From: Nanoarchaeota archaeon SCGC AAA011-G17 | Lineage (GTDB): Archaea; Nanobdellota; Nanobdellia; SCGC-AAA011-G17 | Reading direction: 5' to 3' | NCBI GenBank assembly: GCA_000402515.1 | Contig: AQRL01000038.1 | Location: forward strand, 37,344 to 101,343 | Length of the DNA stretch: 64,000 nucleotides | Shown: positions 58,878 to 64,000 of the stretch, one piece after another | Layout: the number at the start of each line of letters is the position of its first letter | How positions within the stretch are numbered: position 1 is the first letter of the stretch | Position numbers and translations under genes: made by a program | The notes under the pieces: generated by a model | Told to the model about the DNA's origin: nothing | The model's input: the letters and a program-made list of their open reading frames with translations, nothing else | Database searches by the model: none

Positions 58878-59420
58878 TTACGCATTTATACCCACTTCAA
58901 ACGGCTCTATATTTTCTTTTATATAGAATCCCTTAATAATGTTTGGGATTAATTTTGGATCCAACTCTTTTTTGATTTTTTTCGGGTCTTCATAACTTAA
59001 AACCTGTATTTCTCTATTTAGTTTTGTTTCGAATTCTGCTTCGTAAAATTCTTTGTCATCCCCGTATATAAAAATATCTATATCACTTGATTTGCTCCAA
59101 TCCCCTCTTGAAAAACTTCCGAATAAAATAGCTGTTTTTATCTTTTTAATATTACTGAGATGCTCAAATAAACCACTTTTTTCCAGAATTGAAAGCCCAT
59201 AGAGCCTTTTTTCATTTCTGAATTTTGGCAAATCCCTATTAGCTGTGTAATAAGGCATCCTGCCTCTTTTTTTATTTTTTTTAATGAAATCTTCCTTTAG
59301 CAATTCTTTTAAGAAATGATTAGTTCGTTCTCTACTAATTCCTGCTTCCTTTACAATCTCTTCAAAATGCCATCTTTTTAATGATTCATTGAAGAATAAT
59401 ACTTTGATTTTTTCTTTCAT
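58878..59420 (-). CDS. Nucleotidyltransferase with N-terminal HTH
   Basis: 'AILFGSFSRGDWSKSSDIDIFIY' is an NTase motif. N-terminal 'WHFEEIVKEAGISRERTNHFLKELLKEDFI' is HTH-like. Confidence 0.55.
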   Translation of the reverse strand: MKEKIKVLFFNESLKRWHFEEIVKEAGISRERTNHFLKELLKEDFIKKNKKRGRMPYYTANRDLPKFRNEKRLYGLSILEKSGLFEHLSNIKKIKTAILFGSFSRGDWSKSSDIDIFIYGDDKEFYEAEFETKLNREIQVLSYEDPKKIKKELDPKLIPNIIKGFYIKENIEPFEVGINA

Positions 59421-59548
59421 ATTTAGTATGAAAAATCATACTATTTATAAGTGTTTTGGTATGGAAATTATACTGATTCTAAAATCTATGAAAAGCTAAA
59501 GAGTAAAGAGAGGAAAGATTTATTAATCGACAAAGAGATATATAAAAT

Positions 59549-59737
59549 ATGGAAGATAAGAAAGCCAAATTTATGAGAATTTTTGCCAATATCCCCGATA
59601 AGGTTAGAAATGAGGATATAATCGCTGTTATTGATAATAAGCCATATACGTGGAATGCTGCGATGATTGAGATTAAAAATAATTCTGAACTTGGCAAGAA
59701 AATTATAAAAAAATTAGGAGAAATGGAAATAATATGA
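59549..59737 (+). CDS. Hypothetical small protein (first of a 3-gene coupled operon)
   Basis: 4-nt overlap with the next ORF. Confidence 0.35.
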   Translation: MEDKKAKFMRIFANIPDKVRNEDIIAVIDNKPYTWNAAMIEIKNNSELGKKIIKKLGEMEII

Positions 59738-59970
59738 TAAAGGGGAAAATCAATAAGGAAGTCAAGGAGCTTGTTTTGTGGCGTTTAGAAACAAGCGTAC
59801 CAGAGCATTTTAAATTATCTGTAGGGGGGAAGGGATCTTTTAACAAAGAAGAGCTGAAAAAGGCTGTTGAAGAAGAGACTGATGTTGGAATAGCCTTTAT
59901 AGATATGCAGCTTAATTTTATTAAAGCACTAACCAGCGGCAAGTTTTATAAGATTCCAATATCAGAATGA
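59734..59970 (+). CDS. Hypothetical small protein (second of the operon)
   Basis: 4-nt overlaps on both sides. Confidence 0.35.
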   Translation: MIKGKINKEVKELVLWRLETSVPEHFKLSVGGKGSFNKEELKKAVEEETDVGIAFIDMQLNFIKALTSGKFYKIPISE

Positions 59971-60629
59971 GAAAAGCAATTTTGGTAACAAGACCCAGAT
60001 ATGATGATGCAACAGAATATCTTTTTTGTTATGCTAAAAAAGCAATAGACTTTGCAAAAGAAAAAAATATTGAAGTTCTTGATTTAATAAGGTCACGCTT
60101 AACCCAGAAAAATTTTTCAGATTTAATTTCCAAGAAAGACCCTCTTTTAGTTTTCTTTAATGCACATGGAGATGAAAACACAATATATGGAGATAAGATT
60201 AAGGGTGAAGAAGAGGCATTAATCAAGGAGGATAAAAATCATAATCTTCTAAATAAAAGAATTGTTTATGCCCGTGCCTGTTTGTCTTCAGCTTCTTTGG
60301 GGCAAAAGGCATGTAAGGACGGCTGTTTTATTGGTTATAGAATGCCCTTTAGTTTTTGGGTTGATAATAGGTGGTCTGCCAAGCCATTGAATGATAACAC
60401 AGCAAAATTATTCCTTGAGCCTTCAAATCTAATTATCATTTCTTTATTGAAGGGAAATAGCGCCAAGGAGGCACATGAGAAATCATTGAAAATGGCAAGC
60501 AGGAACATCTTGGAATTATTGAAAAATAAAGACGAGCCAGGGGCAATGGCATCTATTATGCTGTTATGGAACAATATGCAGTATCAAGAAATTCTTGGAA
60601 ATGAAGATATGGCTTTTGATGTTCTATAG
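59967..60629 (+). CDS. Hypothetical protein with a caspase/CHAT-like His...Cys arrangement
   Basis: 'FFNAHGDENTIYG' (His-Gly) and 'VYARACLSSAS' (Cys) are spaced ~38 aa apart. The assignment is speculative. Confidence 0.3.
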   Translation: MRKAILVTRPRYDDATEYLFCYAKKAIDFAKEKNIEVLDLIRSRLTQKNFSDLISKKDPLLVFFNAHGDENTIYGDKIKGEEEALIKEDKNHNLLNKRIVYARACLSSASLGQKACKDGCFIGYRMPFSFWVDNRWSAKPLNDNTAKLFLEPSNLIIISLLKGNSAKEAHEKSLKMASRNILELLKNKDEPGAMASIMLLWNNMQYQEILGNEDMAFDVL

Positions 60630-60870
60630 GTTAAGCTTAAATATTTTTTTAATATGGAAATCATATGGTTTGGGGGTTTTAATGATAAATTTAGAAGATA
60701 AATGCAGCTATGGTAAATTATCCAGTATAGTACCAATCGGATCTTGGAAGAACAAAACCCTGGCCGGGTATTGTGTTTCTTGTTCCAGAGAGGTTATAAT
60801 TGATTATCATTATTTTGTAGTGTTTAACAGGGCGTATAAGATATTCGGGAGGAAGAATGGTAAATGTTGA
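60595..60870 (+). CDS. Hypothetical Cys-containing protein
   Basis: ORF; 'CVSCSRE'. Confidence 0.3.
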   Translation: MEMKIWLLMFYRLSLNIFLIWKSYGLGVLMINLEDKCSYGKLSSIVPIGSWKNKTLAGYCVSCSREVIIDYHYFVVFNRAYKIFGRKNGKC

Positions 60871-60997
60871 TATTGATTCTAAAATATACGAGAAGCTGAA
60901 GGAAAAAGTGAAAAATGATAAAGTAAAGTATCCTTCTGTGAAATTTCTTGTTCATAAACTGATAATGGAGAAGATGGATGAAACCAAAGGATTGTGA
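60857..60997 (+). CDS. Small RHH-like protein (46 aa)
   Basis: 'MVNVDIDSKIYEKLKEKVKNDKVKYPSVKFLVHKLI' is an RHH pattern. Not in the ORF track because it is under 60 aa. Confidence 0.35.
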   Translation: MVNVDIDSKIYEKLKEKVKNDKVKYPSVKFLVHKLIMEKMDETKGL

Positions 60998-61118
60998 ATA
61001 TGCAATAGCTGTAAAGTGGTCAGATGTGGTTTATAAGTGCGAGAATCTGGATAAATGCGAGTTTGAACTGAAACGTACTGAAGCTAAATACTGCATGCTG
61101 AAGGAGAAAAAGGAATGA
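60978..61118 (+). CDS. Cys-rich mini-protein, paralog 1 (46 aa)
   Basis: 'MKPKDCEYAIAVKWSDVVYKCENLDKCEFEL'. The stop overlaps the next start (ATGA). Confidence 0.4.
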   Translation: MKPKDCEYAIAVKWSDVVYKCENLDKCEFELKRTEAKYCMLKEKKE

Positions 61119-61309
61119 CATGCAAATATCTTAATGGGTTTAACTGCTCTTTGAGAAAGGACAGCTGTCTTGGCTATTACAAAACTGAAAATGGGGAAGG
61201 ATTGGATGAACTGACTATAAGGAGAATGGAGTGCTTTGACGGGAGCAGCTATCTTGATGGATTGTTATTACAAAACCAGTTACAAAGAGGATTTAGGTGG
61301 GAAGAATGA
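61115..61309 (+). CDS. Cys-rich mini-protein, paralog 2
   Basis: 'CKYLNGFNCSLRKDSC...ECFDGS'. Confidence 0.45.
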   Translation: MTCKYLNGFNCSLRKDSCLGYYKTENGEGLDELTIRRMECFDGSSYLDGLLLQNQLQRGFRWEE

Positions 61310-61316
61310 AGCTAGC
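61254..61316. repeat. 63-bp direct repeat (2 mismatches), copy 1; copy 2 at 63729..63791
   Basis: ttgatggattgttattacaaaaccagYtacaaagaggatttRggtgggaagaatgaagctagc. It encodes the '...DGLLLQNQLQRGF(R/G)WEE*' tail plus 'ATGAAGCTAGC'. Confidence 0.75.
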
Positions 61317-61328
61317 GGGGGAATTAAA

Positions 61329-61535
61329 ATGAAATGTGAATATATGAATGGATATGACTGTGTAAAGTATGGTAAAAAATGTCGGGCTCATTTCAAAACT
61401 GAGAGAGGGAATGAGGGAATAAATGATGGTGTTTTGAGAATTTTGGACTGTTATGATGGACCGGATAAAGTAGTATTTCAAGGGGCATTCAAAAGGGGTT
61501 TGGAGAGTGTTTCCAGTGCTTTATCAAAAGAATAA
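61329..61535 (+). CDS. Cys-rich mini-protein, paralog 3
   Basis: 'MKCEYMNGYDCVKYGKKCRAHFKTERGNEG...LDCYDGP'. RBS ggggga upstream. Confidence 0.45.
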   Translation: MKCEYMNGYDCVKYGKKCRAHFKTERGNEGINDGVLRILDCYDGPDKVVFQGAFKRGLESVSSALSKE

Positions 61536-61759
61536 TTGCCAAAAAAACAAGAATAATAAGGAAATAGTCAAGCTTTAAAATGGAAAAATTAAAAATAGAC
61601 AGGGCAAGAACTAATATGATGAAAACTACCAATAATTTATCAAAGGTATCTTTGAGCATGATTTTCTTAATAAAAAACAATTTATAAAATAGCTGGTTGA
61701 GAAGAATATTCTAAGTTTAGTTGTTAGTGTTAATTCTAAGTAAACAAGACAGTTAATTG

Positions 61760-61809
61760 GAAACTTTTAGGAAAAGTTTCATCAAAAAATCTTGAAAAAT
61801 AAATCAGAG
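61760..61809 (+). promoter_or_regulatory. Conserved hairpin motif, copy 1 (gaaactttt-agg-aaaagtttc + atcaaaaaatcttgaaaaataaa), ~85 bp upstream of hicA
   Basis: Perfect 9-bp inverted repeat plus a conserved tail. A second copy lies at 62656..62702. Confidence 0.45.
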
Positions 61810-61892
61810 AAACAGAATCATTTAAAATATCTTTAAATTTATTAAATAATACAAAATGCTTATAAATAAATAATTTAATAATAATATAAAAA

Positions 61893-62099
61893 ATGTCAAA
61901 ACTTCCCAAGGTCGTTAAAGGTAAAGAGATTCTCAAAGTACTTGTTAAACATGGTTATGAAATTAAAAGGCAAAAAGGAAGTCATGTTTCTCTTTCAAAT
62001 AAAGAGATTAATATTACTGTTGTTCTTCCACTAACAACCATTGGAGTCTACAGGCAAATTTCTAAAAAAACAGGGATTCCTGTTGAAGAGTTTTTATAA
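61893..62099 (+). CDS. hicA: HicA-family (YcfA-like) mRNA interferase toxin
   Basis: 'KVLVKHGYEIKRQKGSHVSLSNKEINITVVLP...IGVYRQISKKTGIP' is the HicA pattern with the conserved GSH. Confidence 0.55.
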   Translation: MSKLPKVVKGKEILKVLVKHGYEIKRQKGSHVSLSNKEINITVVLPLTTIGVYRQISKKTGIPVEEFL

Positions 62100-62384
62100 G
62101 AATATTTTTGTTAACATTGGCATTTCAAACTTTTCTTCATCAGATTCTATAAGAGAGCATCTCTCTTCCGGAAAACTTTCTAGATGAAATCTTGCTCCTT
62201 CAGTAAATTTATTAACTGCCTCATCTATTGTTTTTCCTTCTGCAAAAACATTAATATCCGGGCTAGTAGCTATAAACATAGTACTATCTTTAACTTTTCC
62301 CTTTTCTATAACAATATTTAAACCAATCTTTTCCATTTTAACACCCTTAAAAATGAATACCTGCTCCTTTTTAAAACTTTCCAA
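62094..62384 (-). CDS. hicB: HicB-like (UPF0150) antitoxin-domain protein, convergent with hicA
   Basis: 'IVIEKGKVKDSTMFIATSPDINVFAEGKTIDEAVNKFTEGARFHLE' matches the UPF0150/HicB N-domain pattern. Confidence 0.45.
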   Translation of the reverse strand: MESFKKEQVFIFKGVKMEKIGLNIVIEKGKVKDSTMFIATSPDINVFAEGKTIDEAVNKFTEGARFHLESFPEERCSLIESDEEKFEMPMLTKIFL

Positions 62385-62655
62385 AACCCCTATTAAATAT
62401 GAAGATTTGCTAGAAAAATTTAGAAGTTAATTTAAATTATAAATTTTAGTTGTTGCTTTTATGAATCTGTCTATTTCTTTTATAAATTCTGGATCTTTCT
62501 GGGCTTGTTTTATAGTTAATTCTTTCATATTTGTTTAGTTAAATTAGATTAGATATAAGCCTTTCTGTTAAAAAAATATTTCTTAAAACAGTTTTATCAG
62601 AAGAAATCTCCAAGATTAATCAGTTGTTTATCTGTAAGCAATCTCTAAGCCTTAG

Positions 62656-62702
62656 CCGAAACTTTTAAGAAAAAAGTTTCATCAAAAGACTTAAATAGAA
62701 AA
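62656..62702 (+). promoter_or_regulatory. Conserved hairpin motif, copy 2 (gaaactttt-aagaa-aaaagtttc + atcaaaagacttaaatagaaaa)
   Basis: Same 9-bp stem and similar tail as 61760..61809. It lies ~125 bp upstream of the 62827 ORF. Confidence 0.45.
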
Positions 62703-62826
62703 GGGTATTAAAAAATATATCAAAAAACGGAGGGATAGTAATGGATAATAAACAGTTTGGTCTTTCTAATTCTAAAACAAAACTCTTAAATATCTATTCC
62801 AAAACAGCAATCTTGGAGGGATTAAT

Positions 62827-63060
62827 ATGACTAGTGAAATGCTTTTATTAAATAGATTAGATGGAGATATAAACTGGTTTAAAGAACATCAAACAGAGTT
62901 AGAAGAGAAATATGATAACCAATTCATAGCTATTGAAGATGAAGAGTTAATCAGCACTGATAAAAATCTAGACATTCTTATTACTAAATTAAAAAAAATG
63001 GGCAAAGATCCAGCAGGTGTATTAATTAAATTTGTATCAACAACAATAATTATACTTTAA
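62827..63060 (+). CDS. Hypothetical small protein, coupled to the downstream aspartic protease
   Basis: The stop is 1 nt before the next start. Confidence 0.35.
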   Translation: MTSEMLLLNRLDGDINWFKEHQTELEEKYDNQFIAIEDEELISTDKNLDILITKLKKMGKDPAGVLIKFVSTTIIIL

Positions 63061-63061
63061 T

Positions 63062-63508
63062 ATGGTTAAGATCCCCTTAAAGGTCACAAAAGACCGTATT
63101 TTTTTAGCATCTGTAATCTGTGCATTGAAATATAAAATTCCATTTAGACCAATAGAGTTCTGTGTTGATACTGGGAGCCCAGAAACCTATATCAGCTATG
63201 GCATTGCAAGAATTCTTAACCTTCCATTAGGATCGCTATCTGAAAGCGAAAAGATAATCTGTATAGGCGGCATAAAATGCAAGCCCCTGGTTATGAAAAA
63301 TGTCTCTCTTTATCTTAAAGAAGAGAGTGGAAAAAGCGTTAAATTTGATATTCCTGAAATCTATGTGCTAAATCCCACAAGCAAAAAACAGGATTCCTTG
63401 AATCAGGCACAATCAATATCTTCTATTTTAGGGTTAGACTTTTTGAGAGAGAGAAAATTCAAGTTTTTTTGTGATATGGCTAATGATATATCTTATTTAG
63501 AGGATTAA
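63062..63508 (+). CDS. Retropepsin-like (clan AA) aspartic protease
   Basis: 'FCVDTGSPETYIS' has the DTG(S) catalytic motif. ~148 aa. Confidence 0.5.
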   Translation: MVKIPLKVTKDRIFLASVICALKYKIPFRPIEFCVDTGSPETYISYGIARILNLPLGSLSESEKIICIGGIKCKPLVMKNVSLYLKEESGKSVKFDIPEIYVLNPTSKKQDSLNQAQSISSILGLDFLRERKFKFFCDMANDISYLED

Positions 63509-63666
63509 ACTTAACCCAAAAAATCTTCTATATTCTGCTGTTAGGCAACTAATTTTTATGCTTCATGTGATATTTGATGGAAAATCTTCCTCCTTGGGCA
63601 ATTGTAATGATTTTTAAAAAAGATTAGTTTTAAATAGCTTTTTAATTTATTACTTATAGGTTAAAA

Positions 63667-63850
63667 TGATATCTGTTATAATTCCTGCATATAATGAAGA
63701 AGGGAATGTTGCTGTTTTATTTGAGAGAGATAGTTATTTTGATGGATTGTTATTACAAAACCAGCTACAAAGAGGATTTGGGTGGGAAGAATGAAGCTAG
63801 CTGTTGTAATTCCTGCTTATAATGAGGAAGTTAGTATTGGAAGAGTCTAA
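63667..63850 (+). pseudogene. Two remnant N-termini of a family-2 glycosyltransferase ('MISVIIPAYNEEGN...', 'MKLAVVIPAYNEEVS...') fused to a 63-bp repeat
   Basis: The GT2 N-terminal signature 'VIIPAYNEE' appears twice. Each fragment terminates after fewer than 45 codons. Confidence 0.4.
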
Positions 63851-64000
63851 ATGAGAACATTTATATCAGAGCAATTAAATAAGAATGACAATCTGTTGAG
63901 GCATAGCTTGTTTATTTTGGTTGCAGCCTTTATTGTCAATATCTTAAATTATGCTTTTCAATTATACATGGGTAGGGTTTTGGGTCCTATTGATTATGGT
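63851..64000 (+). CDS. Wzx/PST-family oligosaccharide flippase, 3'-truncated at the window edge
   Basis: 'LFILVAAFIVNILNYAFQLYMGRVLGPIDYG' matches the N-terminal region of polysaccharide-biosynthesis flippases ('R.LGP.DYG'). Confidence 0.45.
   Translation, partial: MRTFISEQLNKNDNLLRHSLFILVAAFIVNILNYAFQLYMGRVLGPIDYG

Noticed and set aside
62094-62384. HicB assigned as co-operonic antitoxin of the adjacent hicA
   Set aside because: The genes are convergent, not co-directional. The TA-pair interpretation is therefore uncertain. Both are reported separately.
1-64000. CRISPR array or rRNA genes
   Set aside because: No regularly spaced short direct repeats with unique spacers were seen, and no long GC-rich rRNA-like stretch. 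The only GC-rich structured segment is the tRNA at 36.7 kb.

Overview
This is an AT-rich archaeal chromosomal segment, possibly DPANN-like (Woese-/Pacearchaeota type), but that assignment is a guess. Markers seen: SD-type RBSs (for example aaaggagg before 2171 and 8184), an exosome/proteasome superoperon, an intron-containing tRNA, and two inteins. Nothing was computed here; every call rests on reading the translations and the DNA by eye.

1-11 kb: a conserved informational superoperon in the order Pop5, PsmA, SBDS, one unrecognised ORF, Rrp4, Rrp41, Rrp42, two unrecognised small ORFs (where L37ae/RpoP normally sit), RpoK, enolase, then r-protein S2. It is interrupted by a small TrmB-regulator cassette flanked by 35-bp direct repeats.

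10.8-15.9 kb: a metallophosphoesterase and an Lhr-type helicase whose Walker-A loop carries a 567-aa LAGLIDADG intein. A second and a third TrmB paralog follow. The third sits in a 2.25-kb cassette that duplicates the last 31 bp of rnhB.

22-27 kb: SMC with a 540-aa LAGLIDADG intein at the identical P-loop position.

27-36.7 kb: a minus-strand cluster of 8 secreted/surface/membrane proteins together with a ParA/MinD-type ATPase. This is the best candidate for an undescribed envelope/attachment system. It is followed by an intron-containing tRNA-Trp.

37-47.6 kb: Mtq2-like methyltransferase, M23 peptidase, XPD helicase, threonine dehydratase, and a diadenylate cyclase.

47.6-53.5 kb: a toxin-antitoxin/defence-like island (RHH, AAA ATPase, HEPN-MNT, AbiEi/Eii-like pair, HipA-like kinase, HAD).

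53.5-58.8 kb: paralogous YG-repeat surface proteins, one of them giant with tandem dockerin modules.

58.9-64 kb: translationally coupled small-protein operons (caspase-like candidate, tandem Cys-rich mini-proteins), a convergent HicA/HicB pair flanked by a conserved hairpin motif, a retropepsin-like protease, GT2 gene remnants and the start of a flippase gene.
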